Source: Octopus vulgaris
Lineage: Eukaryota
NCBI GenBank assembly: GCA_951406725.2
Contig: OX597818.1
Span: forward strand, 112,530,001 to 112,594,000
Length of the DNA stretch: 64,000 nucleotides
Direction: 5' to 3'
In this document: piece after piece, positions 27,129-41,433 of the stretch
Numbering within the stretch: the stretch's first letter is position 1
Layout of the letters: each line of letters opens with the position of its first letter
Translations under genes and position numbers: made by a program
The notes under the pieces: model-generated
Databases searched by the model: none
What the model was told of the DNA's origin: nothing
What the model saw: the letters and a program-made list of their open reading frames with translations, nothing else

Positions 27129-27521
27129 CCTTAAATATAAAATGGTAAATTTCTTTTCGCCAAAATACGGGATTCTCGATAGGGAAAATCCAACAAACTT
27201 TATACTTACATGCCTTTGGACATATATCGCCATGTAAACAATACACTCAGTTTTCATGTTGGCTTCATGTTATCTTCAACGGAAAGCCGAAGATGTCGGC
27301 ATAGAATAATATAAGAGGAATATTCATCTAAGCAATTTAAGAAAACCTAGTGTTGCATCATGTTTCCAGTTTTATGACTTCTTGTTCTAAAAATGGTCAT
27401 AATTATATTTTGAGTGGAACTAAAATTTTCAAAGTTATCACATTAGGCTTCATATAAATTTTGCCAAATGTATATATCCCAGCATTTTATGCAAGGAACT
27501 CTCTCTGTCTGTCTGTCTGTA

Positions 27522-27561
<40 letters not shown>

Positions 27562-28060
27562 CCACTCTCTCTCTCTCTACATGGTTCCTGAAACAGGAGA
27601 TCTACATCCAAACTAAACACCAGCATAATCGTCAACGCCAAACTATATGATTCCTGCAAAGATGTTTATCCTTTCTTATCCATTCAGACAGCAACAATAC
27701 AGCAAATTGTTTATCGGAATTATGATCTGAGTGAAAGATGCAAGTTATATTCTAAATATATCGCAAGTCTAAACATATGCTGGAAGTATGTAAAACAGCA
27801 AATAAGATTCTTGGAAGAGATTTATTGTATATTGACGATTACACGAAGCAAAAGCACGGTATAAATCTAATTTGTTAGTATGTTTTCATTGTCGATGTGT
27901 CAAATATTTCAAAATATTATCTTCCTATGAAATCTGCTTTTTTTTTACTTGGTTATAGGCTTCCATTGTTAAAGACTCTTCATGAAACTCTGTAGGCAAG
28001 TGGCACGCAGAAGAATTAAATGGTTTTGATAACATTTCAAAGAGCCCACGGGAAGTAAAC

Positions 28061-28142
28061 ATGTATGTATGTATGTATGTATGTATGTATGTATGTATGT
28101 ATGTATGTATGTATGTATGTATGTATGTATGTATGTATGTAT
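28061..28142. repeat. (ATGT)n microsatellite
   Basis: Directly visible. Confidence 0.95.
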
Positions 28143-28175
28143 GGTTGTGTGCATGTATGTATGCATACATGTATA

Positions 28176-28377
28176 TATAAAAAATACAAAATGGGAGAAG
28201 GACGCAAAACATCCAGGCAGTTAGGTGATACAAAAATGGGACAACAAAACATCCATATAGACGATACAAAGAAAACAAGGACGGGTCATGGGAACTTGTC
28301 TTTCCTCAGTCAAGTACCAGATTACCTCCGCAATTTCGGTTGATTATACTTGAGATTGCCCCAATCTGGCCAGCCCC
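28176..28377 (-). mobile_element. Structured repeat, family P copy 2
   Basis: Homologous to 8283-8432 and 49402-49795. Confidence 0.6.
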
Positions 28378-28419
28378 CACATGTATATAGTCATATATCG
28401 AATGCCTAAGGGACATTTG

Positions 28420-28650
28420 CTACACTACAGCGAATGACATCCCCTGTTAATCACGAGTTCTGCAGCTGCCTTGCCACTCTTGTCCAGACAGTTCTTGATA
28501 TTGTCCGTCCATTGCATTTGTTTCATGCCTCTTGATCTATTACATTCTACTCTCCCTTGCACTATAACGTTTTCCAGCCCTCGGCTTGTTCGAATATTGT
28601 CATAATGGTTGAGCTTTTGTTGATTAACTGAGAGTTCGCAGAAGCCTCGT
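28420..28650 (-). mobile_element. Decayed RTE-clade LINE, 3' coding fragment
   Basis: Minus strand gives QKLNHYDNIR..GLE/VIVQGRVECNRSRG..MQWTDNIK, typical of the RTE ORF C-terminus. Confidence 0.6.
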
Positions 28651-28699
28651 TTTTAACCTAGCCTTCTTTTAGATACAGTCTTATTTTTAACATAACTTT

Positions 28700-29352
<653 letters not shown>

Positions 29353-29651
29353 TTTTGTGCATAACCAGTTTTGTTCCTTTTATTGTTCTATCAATAATAT
29401 AGGCGTACCCTTTGTATAGAAGCTTTCTGCTTCCTTGTTCCGTTTTTATGAACTCTATGATCTGGCGCATGTCGGTTTATTGTCCCGTCAGCCAATTGTC
29501 CAATCGTCGAATTGTCTGCGCACGGATGTGCAGAGTTAATATTCGAAGGCAAGTGCTTCCCTGCAACTTTAAAGTCTATATATACTCCGGTAAATATACC
29601 AATGGACATATGCATATCTAAACGCAGCTTTTAGTCTGAGATAAAGAAATC

Positions 29652-30410
29652 ATGAAGGTCATGGTGGAATAAATTGCAATGCTTCCTTTCATAAAACTCA
29701 TCTACGAGACTTTTAAATATTCATCGACAAAAAATCGGTGAGTTTTAACAGAGTCGATAAAGCACCGTAAACAGCACCTAGCATTATTATTTTTACTCTC
29801 TGCACGATATTGCCCTTCATTCTTTCGGGTCCGAGGAAAATGTCTCTATGGAATGCAGTGGTTAGTTAGAACCATGAGATTGCTGCAGTTTGCTCAGTTA
29901 GTTTACGCTCAAATTTCCAATGTTCCGTTGATGAACAACATAATCACACTCCCTAGCACACTAATGTAAACATATGGAACTAGTCATCAGTTTAAGGAAA
30001 CCTTCCTTCTTCCCAAATACCTGCCTTCGAGACCCTGAATACAGGTATTTTGGAAGAAGGAAGGTTTCCATAAACTGATGACTAGTTCCATATGTTTACA
30101 TTAGTGTGCTAGGGAGTGTGATTATGTTGTTCATCAACGGAACATTGGAAATTTGAGCGTAAACTAACTGAGCAAACTGCAGCAATCTCATGGTTCCTAA
30201 CCACTGCATTCCATAGAGACATTTTCCTCGGACCCGAAAGAATGAAGGGCAATATCGTGCAGAGAGTAAGAATAATAATGCTAGGTGCTGTTTACGGTGC
30301 TTTATCGACTCTGTTAAAACTCACCGATTTTTTGTCGATGAATATTTAAAAGTCTCGTAGATGAGTTTTAGGAAAGGAAGCATTGCAATTTATTCCACCA
30401 TGACCTTCAT
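29652..30410. repeat. Near-perfect palindrome with ~370-bp arms and an 18-bp spacer
   Basis: 29652-30023 is the reverse complement of 30042-30410, apart from about four substitutions and one 3-bp indel. Confidence 0.95.
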
Positions 30411-33037
30411 TTCTTATTTCATCGATCGCAGTAAAAGTAATGAAGTCCATCCAGGGCATTGGAGTTGAGTGCGGCATAAAATAAGATAACAGCAACACAG
30501 AAGATAACACAACCGTTCATTGATGGTTGCAGTGATTCCACTTCCTATACGCTAATAACGCCATTAAAATGCATTAATGCCTCAACATCAAATATCTATG
30601 TAAACGGCTTGTAAGCCTTGAAACGTAGTTTATTATCCAAAATGTTTTGAAATTGTCGCAGTACAACATTAATTCTGGGTGTATTAAAATACGGAGATTA
30701 TTCTAAAGATAGAAAATTGAGCTTTCATAACACGATTTATATATTTTATCATTACATTCGAAAATAACAAATTTTCTCATTTACAATTTTGCCAAATTCC
30801 TTTTCTATGTTTCTGTTTTGAAACATTTATCTACAGCAATTCGGTAACTTATTTACTGAATTGATGAAATTGAAAGAAACCAATTGATTTTTTATAAGCT
30901 CTGAGGTTTTTCTCCATAAACATCTTTAAGTCTTTGATACCATTATGGCAATGATCATTTTCGCAATAATAGCATGTACCCACTTTATGTATTATTGAAT
31001 ATGCTGTTTCAGAGAATTTATACGACGAGAATATTATCAAAATTTCATTTTTATTTCAATCAATCTCATACATTTCAGATCACTTGTTTATGATTTATTT
31101 ATATAAATCCTATTTGGTTTTGTGACTTACTCAAATTTATATTCAAATCCGACCGCACTCTGAGTGGTTTGCAAATTATCTTAAATATTAGAGTACATTC
31201 GTAATTCAAAATACATGTATATAATGCAGAAAATAAAATTGGTAACAATGGAAGACAAAACTTGTTATGTCAAAGTCATACGTACGTAATACTATTCACG
31301 TGCATGCACTGATTAAGTATTAATTGTTTCCTGAGATCTTATGATTAAATTCTCCATAGTTTGAAATTTTCACTGAATATTTCTATGCTACAATGCTGTC
31401 TTAAATCTATCGTACAAATTCCGACGGCAACGGGACACTTTTGAGCGAGAAACTGGTGTGTTTACTCAGTTCAAATCCAAATCATACAGTAACGCCATTA
31501 TGATTCATACAAAAGGAATTTATTTTCTGAAATGCAAATGTTATTAGAATACGATTATGGCATTTAACTATCTTTACGAGTATATTCCTAAGGTGTGTCC
31601 GTGTAATTGAATAAAGATAGCGTATATTACTTGAACGTATTCAATCCGTAATCTACTGTCTAAAGAAATGTGAATAATATGATCTCAGACGGACGAGAAC
31701 TTGGTAAAATGGAAACAAAATCAGCAAAACCATAATGCAATCAAATAGTGTATTCGTTTCGTCTCAATGGACTCCTATCAACTTTGAAATGTGATTAAGC
31801 AGGTAAAATTTTATTGTCGCAATTTCATGCAGGTCGTTTAATTCAATTTCGATGTAGGTGTACATTTTATATGTAATTTGAATAACTAATAAAGATTTCA
31901 CACTATTCATTTTCGTAGTTTCATTTACTAACGTTTCTTAGAAATACTCGTATATTTTGGACAGCGGATAAGGCGTATGCAATGCAAACATTTTCCGAGG
32001 ATTACTGTTCATTCATTCATTCCTGTCAACAATATTACCTGTTGTACAAACAATTGTATTGAGACAATACATTTTTCGACAGCAGAATTAGTGGCCCGGC
32101 GGACAGATATTCTTAGGAGACAGTCATTATAAAATGGAAGAATAAGAAAAAGAAAATGATGGCTAGGAGACATAGTAAATTATGTGTATTATATAGAAGA
32201 TTTGCTAGGACTTGTATGCCTCGGATTTTAACAATATCCTTCATCGCTATACAGATATAGCGACATATAACATGCGCACGATTCTGGAATATACTTCAAG
32301 TAAATAGTTGAAACATTCGATCATATGCTGTCACTAATATAAAGAAATGGACCGAATGCGTTTCTGTGTGTGTGTGTGCGCGTGAGTTTGCGTGTGGTTG
32401 AGCATGATCGGAAGTTAAAAGAATATCTAAAGAAAGTGAGCTACATGGAAATGGTTAGGTGCATATTTGGATGAAAGTACAGCCACCAGGCAACTGTCAA
32501 ATTAATGGGCCACATTCTAAACAGTTCATCGCTTCTATTCGTCTTCGGACGTATTTTGGTTTTCCGAGTGGACACTGAAATTAGTACACCCCCCACCCAC
32601 ACATACACACACAGACACATACAAATATGCAAGGAAGTTATATATTTGCGAACACAAAAATCACGAAAAAGATACGTGAAATGTGGGGACGGGTTAGCTC
32701 TAAAGCAGGCCCGTTTTGTTTATAATGAACAGTAGATATAAGTATCTGACGATTTATACTGTGACAAAGTGTACAGACAGCTAGAATCCTAATATACAAG
32801 TAGCATTTATTTTTTTTCGTTTTTCCTCTAACATAAACTTTATTCCCATTTAGAAATCTGAAATGTAATCATCACAAAAATAAATAAAATAAATTTTTAA
32901 AAAACCTAGAATCTAAGGGAAAAATCAAGAGAGAAACATGTTTTATTACCAACAAAAATGAGCAAGCTATAATAAGGTATACATATTTTGAATCATGCGC
33001 TGAGCGCATTTATGTGTGTCAGTGTGTGTATGTAAGA

Positions 33038-33089
<52 letters not shown>

Positions 33090-33549
33090 CTGCGTAATAT
33101 TCATTGTCGAAAAAGATTTGTTAGATGATATTATCCGTGCAGCTAAGAGATACGTTCTCTCTGAATTACCTTTAGAATTCAAAAGAAACTTATAAAAGGA
33201 AACAAATTCAATCAGATCGTGAAATTCAAATATTTGAGTTTCCCTTGTTCTCAACATTTCCTTGGATATACCCTAGACGTTCCCTTGGCAGAAATTTCAG
33301 ATTTAGGAAATGTATGCTTACATGCGTTTACGTATGTAAGCATAGAGCGGAAAAATTTGTCAATAGACAGTTTTGTAAGGGTAATTTGCACAGTATTTCT
33401 GCAGTTGTAACGGCAATTCTGCGCTCGAAAAAATATCTTCTAATTTGTATCGCTCAGCACACATTTCGACGTTTATAAAAACAAATGTTAGTTTATTTGC
33501 TTTTATATACACCTGTATATACATATACTTACATACATACATACATGCA

Positions 33550-33592
<43 letters not shown>

Positions 33593-33920
33593 GTAAGATC
33601 CGAGGATCGAGGTGTAGGAAGAAAGTTAGCTTCAAGCAATCCGTAGTAAACATGAAAAACAACTTACAGGGACAACAGTGGTTTATTGAAACGGAAGGTT
33701 GTGGATTTTTTTTCGTATCCAAATACAATAAACTGAAATAAGTTTTTTGTACATTTCGCGGTAGGCGACCTGCGATGCCGGATGTGTGAATTAAAATACA
33801 AAAGTTACGGAATGGACTCGATTAGATTTGGGCTACATATGTTTCATAGCGAGTGGAATCTTCCACGCATTAATATTTACCTCCTTTCGACAATGTGAAC
33901 GTTTATCTAACCACGTTATC

Positions 33921-34010
33921 CTTGGCCTGAAGATTAGGCTTCTATATATGCCTGGATTGTATATTTACCACTTTCGAGGTTCCGTTCGCTAAGAAACATA
34001 TGTAACTCGG
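33921..34010 (+). ncRNA. Degenerate hammerhead-like motif with a long loop II
   Basis: CTGAAGA-TTAG...CTAA-GAA-ACATATGT-A; stem I is weak. Confidence 0.45.
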
Positions 34011-34475
34011 ATCTTATCACTCCATTCCGTAAGTCTTGTTTGCATACAATATCCTTACGTATCTCACGTCTGTTTTCATTCCTCCACTTCACTCTATATT
34101 TCATATCTTCTCTATACTTTTGCCGGATAATCTCCTTTGTCATTTTCATTATAGCTTTGAAAACAAATAATAGTGAAATCGAATTGCAATCTTCAAAACT
34201 TGCGTTAAGAGGAAGCAATGCAAAATTACTAACCGCTTTTATAGCAAGTTGAGGGAGTTGGTTTATTCCGCCTCCTCCGATTTTAGGTCATACAATTGAA
34301 AAAACCGCAACATTTATGGGATAAGCCAATATATATATATATATATATATATCAACACAACTTTTTCCTCCTTCCTCCCTTATTTTTCTTTTTCGTTTTC
34401 CTTTTTTTGTCTCTTTCCCCTTCCCCAAACACACAGACACGCGCACATGCACACACGCACATGCACACACGCACG

Positions 34476-34512
<37 letters not shown>

Positions 34513-34796
34513 ACACACACACACAGACACACACACACACACCTCCACAAAACGATCATACAAAGTGACAAGAATTCTTAAAAACCCAAAAAGACATCTG
34601 ACCATCCCAACAATGTTAAAAGGAAATATAATTTATGGCTTACCTCCTACCATCACACACTCAATGACACTGTGTGAAGTGGTCAAAACTGAAACCCCTT
34701 GAAGTCAATATCCTGTCCAGCAGCCCAAAAAACTTCTTTCCTTCTTCTTTCCTCTCCCTTCCCCTCTTTCTCTTTAGCATCACCTCAGAAACAAAT

Positions 34797-34838
<42 letters not shown>

Positions 34839-37800
34839 ACATGTTCTCCTTCTCACTTCCTCCTCATCCACATCACCCTATTGTACTGTCTTACATTCCT
34901 CCCCACCACAACCAGAAGCTATAAAATGATTAAAATCCCCAGCAAAGGAACTTGTTTTCATTTGAAAACCCCACTAGAATGGGAGAAAGCGCCAATGAAC
35001 TAAGTGATATGATATATATGTAAAAAATGTAATATATAAATAAATATCTGTAAATACAAACCATCCGATCTTCTGATTACCTCATTTCTTCTAATATATA
35101 TATATATATATATACATATTTGTAGTATAGCTAACATTATGTGTTATTGAATGCTTTCCGTTCTTACCGTAAAATATTGTGTGACAGCTGAACATTGAAA
35201 ATATTGTTTTTCTTTAGGTTTTAATCAGAAATTCACACAACCGAATGACGTAAGACGTATTGGAACGAGTAAACATATAAACGTACCTAGAGTGCATGCA
35301 CGAATTTTACATTGTTCTAATTGTCCCATATTTTTCGGAAATAAATCAAATTACATTTATATTCTTCTTTCCTTTTCATGACTGGTTATACAAGAAGCTT
35401 CGCTTTCATACATTACGGGTATTTGGTTTTTCTCGGATGCTTGAATTCTGAATCTAATTTCTTTCATGTTTTAAGAATTGAAAAATTATTTTATTACCGC
35501 AAAAAAAGTTTTCTCTCTTTTTTTGAAATTTTACTTTCAATAATGGCGCCTACTCAAAACAATAATGCATCAACGGTTTAATGGATGGTAGTTTGGGAAA
35601 CACCTGCTGCGGAGCGAATATTCTGCAAAAAATACCCTGTTCAAAGTAACGTCTGTTAAACGTCTGTTAACGTGAAATCACCAAAATATATCATCAAAAG
35701 ATGTGAATGGGTATACTTTGTTGTATAGCTGTCTGCATAGGAATTTTTGTGAGAAAGTGGTTGGTGTTGTCTTTGTAACTAAATATCGGCAAGAAATGAA
35801 CAAACATTCAGATCAATACTTTTGGCTTTTCATATTTGATATAGAAATTACACGTTATTTCCTAGTTTTGAATAATGCTTAAGATCTTCAAATAAATTTA
35901 ATACAACCGTTTATACGATAAACAAAAGATGTATAAATTCTCTGTTTTTGCAGCAGATCAAAGCAATTGCGTTTTATATCATTTAATTCGGAATTCTGAG
36001 AATGTTTTCGAAAGACTTTTGTATTTTAAACTTAAAACAATTTAAGTATAGCTACTATACCAAACGTTAACTCAAATATTGAGCTCATTTCATTGTAAAG
36101 TATGAAGTCTAACAACAACCGTACTGTATAAATTATCTAATTAGATCAAAACCAACTCGTGAAAACCACATCAAATTTCATTTCGATTTATGCACTCTAT
36201 AATAAATATGGAGTTGATTTTTCTAAATATTTATCAAATCGCTTAAATACTGAATCCTACTAAACATCGTAAATGCCACCTAAATCTTGTAATTCAAGAA
36301 CATGTGAGAGGTATATATTCTAATTAACATTCCTTTGATTCGCTAATTGGCGTAATCATGTTTAGGTGATTAAGAAGTTTTCGCTGCAACTACAGAATTT
36401 CAGGATATATCTAACTTCACGGATCTTTCTATATAAATATGCTTTACCATAATTTTGCAACGAGTAGGGGTTGTGAATGAGAATTTGTACAGAAGGCTGT
36501 GCCTTTCATGTTCTTGTAATGTAAATTTATTCCGTTCGTTGACAGTTTTTTAAACCATCGTTTGGATTTCGCAGTGTTTCAATGGCGTCGGTTCTCATTG
36601 CAAATATTCGGCCCAAGTTGGCATTCTAGTGATAAAATCCTAGTTTCTATCCAATCGTTTCAGAATCGCCATCAAAAACAAACTTTATGGATGTTACCAT
36701 TTCTCTTCAGAATAATTCATTATGTATTCTCATTATCCAATACTGAAATTACGGCTAATCGATAATGAAAAAGCAGATTGGAGCACTGCTCAAACAACTG
36801 CAACATAGATGCTGTGCCACATGTAGATATTCTGCAGAAACCCCCTTAATTACTCTATTTGGTTAACGTGCAGTTATACATGTATCCCCAAATTTTACTG
36901 GGTGTACCTCATAAAGCAACGGCTTATCTTTGTGCATCTTTCCCTACAACCCTAATAGCTGTTTCAGCTTCACTAGTTTGGCAGAATTCTGCAAATAATT
37001 CATTGTTAACGATAGGCGCAGGCGTGACTATGTGGTACGAAATTTGCTTTCCAGCCACATGACTGTGTTTGCAGTCACACTGTGTGGCACCTTGGGCAAG
37101 TGTCTTCTACTATGGTCCCAGGTCGTATAAAACCAAAATAGGTGCAGTGCAGCATGCTCTCGGTTCAGCTTGTCCTGATATGCAGTCGCTTACGTGATTC
37201 CATGAAGGTCATCACTGGGGCTGGAGATGATTTTACTGAATGGCAATATCTCACGTTGACCTTGTCGACGTCGTTTCCTGAGTGTATGTTCGCTGCTTTA
37301 ACTAGGCCTCTTTGTTTTCCTCTGTTGTCGTATTTCCGATTGCCAGGTCTATTTCGTGTAGTCCGTCATAAAACAACCAATAAAGAAGCAATCACTTTAT
37401 TGAGGTATGTACGAATTGTTTCGTTATATATCATATAATACACCATATTATAAAACGTCTTTTATTTCTGTTACTTTGATTCTTTTATCAAAATGATTTA
37501 GCAAAGAAGTATAAAAACAAAGCCAGCATCAAGATATGAATAGAAAAGCACAATAGCATCTAAAGTAGATAGGCCACACATTTTTAGAAAGGTTATATTT
37601 GATTACATCGACCCAAATACTTCATTGGTACTTATTATATCGACTTTGGAATGATGAAAAGTAAAGACGACCTTGTCAGAATTTAATCGCAAAACATAAA
37701 GAAATATAACGATACATTGTCGCCATGTTGATACAGCTAATTTATCACCCTTGACAGGAAGAATTATTAGAACAAAAAAATGAATATCTTTGGTCTGTTA

Positions 37801-38016
37801 TTAAAATTCTGTTAGCTACTACCTTGCGACAAATACAAGATATTCATCGTAAACCATATAAAAAGAGCAGAATAAATTCGTGTTCATGTATAGAAATCGA
37901 TAATGATATAACAAAGCGTTAACCGTCGGTTACCTCGGACTCCCGATCAACTAAATGTGGTAGCAGCCGACACTTCCTCATGCCATTCATTTAAAATATC
38001 TCATTGAATAATATAC

Positions 38017-38472
38017 GTTTCTACTCTAGGCACAAGGCCAGACATTTTGGGGGAGGGGCCAATCGGTTAGATCGAGCCCAGTGTGCAACTGGTACTTAAT
38101 TTATCGACCCCGAAAGGAAAGGAAAGGTAAAGTCGACCTCAGTGGAATTTTAACTCAGAATATAAAGACAGACGAAATGTCTCTAAGCATTTCGCCCGGC
38201 GCGCTAGCGTTTCTTATTACTTTACTGGCCACAGGGCGCTACACACAGAGGGGACAAACAAGGACAGACAAACGGATTAAGTCGATTATATCGTCCCCAG
38301 TGCGTAACTGGTACTTCGAGCTCAGTATGCTACTGGTACTTATTTAATCGACTCCCGGAAGAATGAAAAGCAAAGTCGACCTCGGCGGAATTGGAACTCA
38401 AAACCTAGCGGCAGACGAAATATCGCTAAGCATTTCACCCGGCGTGCTAACGTTTCTGCCAGCTCATCGCCC
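38017..38472 (-). mobile_element. SINE family A, multimeric copy
   Basis: Repeated CTGGTACTTA.TTT.TCGAC..CG.AAG..GAAAG..AAAGTCGACCTC cores. Confidence 0.85.
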
Positions 38473-39278
38473 TCCCATTGAATAATATAGTCATAGAAAG
38501 TATATGATATATTTCCTGAACAATATGTGGAAAGACTAAGGTTAGCGTCCCTAGATACTGGTAAGTATTGACCTAAGCAACATCATAAACATGGCAGCTT
38601 ATACTATGAGTTATTGTAGTATATGTATATGTATAGCGCATCAATTTCCCTACCACTACTATTTGACAAATACTGACAAATATGACATGAATTGTGCCAA
38701 ACGCATTAGGTTAAACAACGGTCACTCACATTCGTTTCTAAAATTAGCATCTCTTGGCGGGAACTACTTTATACTAAATGGAATTCCGCACTTGAGTGGC
38801 ATTTATGTTGTGTTTATTGCTTCATGTAAACTCATAATTTATAGCGAGATAATTAAATATAAGAACACGATTTACCCGATTCTTCTCAGAACTAACAAAT
38901 GCCCATGCCAGAGATTATATCTAACTTCCTACTTCGACTATAATTACTTTAACAGCCGCAACATTACAGAAGGCAGGTAAGCGCTCAGTTGGATTTGAAC
39001 TGGGAATTACGTCATGAACATGTCATAGAGAATTTTAGGCAACTGCTTGCCCATTTATATCCCAAGATTTTAAGTCTTCTTTTTGTTTTTGCTCGTTCAA
39101 TATAAACGAAATAAGGACACAAATTTTGGAGCGAGGTGGAGTCAATTACATCAAGTCTGTAAGAAAGAATGCTGAGCACGGCCCAGTTGATACAGAAATA
39201 GCTAGATCATACACTGCAATGCTGCAGATACTTATGCCGCCAGTTTACACTCAACATCCAAAATAACAATAGAAACAT

Positions 39279-39633
39279 TGGTTTCAAAGTTTAGCACAAG
39301 GCCAGCACGCTTGTAAAAGGGAGCCACTCGATTACATTGACCTCAGTCTTCAAATGATTCTTATTTTATCGTCACCGATAGGATGAAGAGCAAAGTCGAC
39401 CAGAATTTGAACTCAGAACGTAACGGCAGACGAAATGCCTATTTCTATTTCTTTACTACCCACAAGCAGCTAAACACAGAGCAGACAAACAAGGACAGAA
39501 AGACAGATTAAGTCGATTAGAGAGACTGCAGTACTCAAATGTTACTTAATTTATCGACCCCGAAAGATGAAAGGCAAAGTCGACCTCGGCGGAATTTGAA
39601 TTCAGAACGTAAAGACAGACGAAATATCACTAA
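39279..39633 (-). mobile_element. SINE family A, dimeric copy
   Basis: Same two-core layout as 17828-18215. Confidence 0.8.
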
Positions 39634-40569
39634 GCAACAACAGAAATATTAAAAAGCTAGTTGTCTACTATCGCAATTACTGGCTATATTTGACAAATAA
39701 CATATTTACTTATGTTTATGTGGAGGGAATCAACTCAGAAAGTTTAACAACGTTACGAAGCAGACAACGACATGTACTTTAAACAAGGATACGCTAATAA
39801 TATAAGACAGTAGTCTTGTGTTGTAAAATTTAAAAACTAAAATAATCAGGTACCTACATTAAATACAGCCTGTCACAAAAAATCTATAACTGTCAGCTTA
39901 TGTACAAATCTGATTTCCTAATGCAGCTGAATTATTCGACAATATTATTAGATCAACTCTATCGCTTATGATCCAAGAATGAGAATTACTGGACAGGAAC
40001 AAATTTGTCCGCATTTCTAACGTTACTTGACGGCTCAGTCGACGTGTTCTGATAATCAACTATGAAGTCTGCAATGCAGAAATGCCTACGTATTAACGAA
40101 GCAATAAATTATAGGCATAAAAATAAAATCTCAAAGATAATTGGTTTTGAAATTGAAATATTATTTAAAATCATTTTGAAATTTAAATGACAGTACAGGT
40201 AGGTTACCAGACCGAATGGATTTCATTGTGTGGTCCGATGAGAAGAAGCAGCGTCTCAAACTTTGCAGAAATTCCGGAACTGTCGGCCGTTTCCAAAAAC
40301 TGATGAGTGAACAATAATTAATAATGCTTGGTTTTGAAATGGATGGATGCTAGTTCGAATCGTGTTCTTTACTACATATATTCCCAGGTATACACACTTG
40401 ATGATAATTGATGAATAATTCTATCGATCATACCTGCATGGTTCCACGTTTGTCCCAATACCTGTAAAATTAACATGCCTGCAAATCCTGGTTTATTCTC
40501 ACCTGAACTAAATGTCAATGCTGCATAATTTAATTTTGGAGTAAATTTCCTTCTACAAATTATTCATCT

Positions 40570-40752
40570 TCTCTTCTAGGCACAAGGCCCGAAAATTTTT
40601 TTGGGTGAGGAGGCCAGTCGATAAGATCGACCACAGCACGCAGCTGGTACTTAACTTATCGACCCCGAAAGGATGGAAGGCAAAGTCGACCTCCGCAAAC
40701 TTGGAACGCTAAGCATTTCCCTCGGAATGTTAACGCTTCTGCCAGCTCACCG
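40570..40752 (-). mobile_element. SINE family A
   Basis: Core and head match the other family A copies. Confidence 0.8.
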
Positions 40753-41332
40753 TCTTTTTTCTACCCATTATTGAACTGTAAAGTTGCGCTTAAGCGTCAT
40801 ATATTTTTCTAATGAACATTTATGCTTCGCTGTTAGAGAATTGTAATAAAGTCGGATGAGGCTGTCCGACAAAACATCGATTTGAGAGTTTGACGCAAGG
40901 CCAGTAGGTTCGTGGGGGTGAGTGTGTGAGCAAGTAATTTACAGGTGAGTAAGTAAATTACATTAAAATACATTATTGTCCACATTACTATTAACTTTTA
41001 TGCAAGAGGTGGCAAGTGGTATTTTCACCTAGTTATTATATACATGAGTGTGTGCGTGTGCAGGCGTGTGTGAGTGATTTTATTGAATAAATTAACTCGT
41101 TAGTATTTCAAGATATTTTAATGTAATTTTGGGAAATATATCGGTTAAAATGAGATGTCAGTGTTATTTTCATTCTTGCGTAATTTAGACGACAGTTTAT
41201 TCATCGCACCCTTGTATATGTATATACCTATGTATGTGTGTGTGTGTGAGAGAGCGCGCTCGCGTGTGTGCGTGTGTTTGCGTGCGCGCGAGCATATGTG
41301 TGTATGCGTGCGTGTGTGCGTATGTACGTATA

Positions 41333-41433
<101 letters not shown>

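Noticed and set aside
30074-30110. CTGATGA inside the large palindrome
   Set aside because: No downstream GAAA or stem III.
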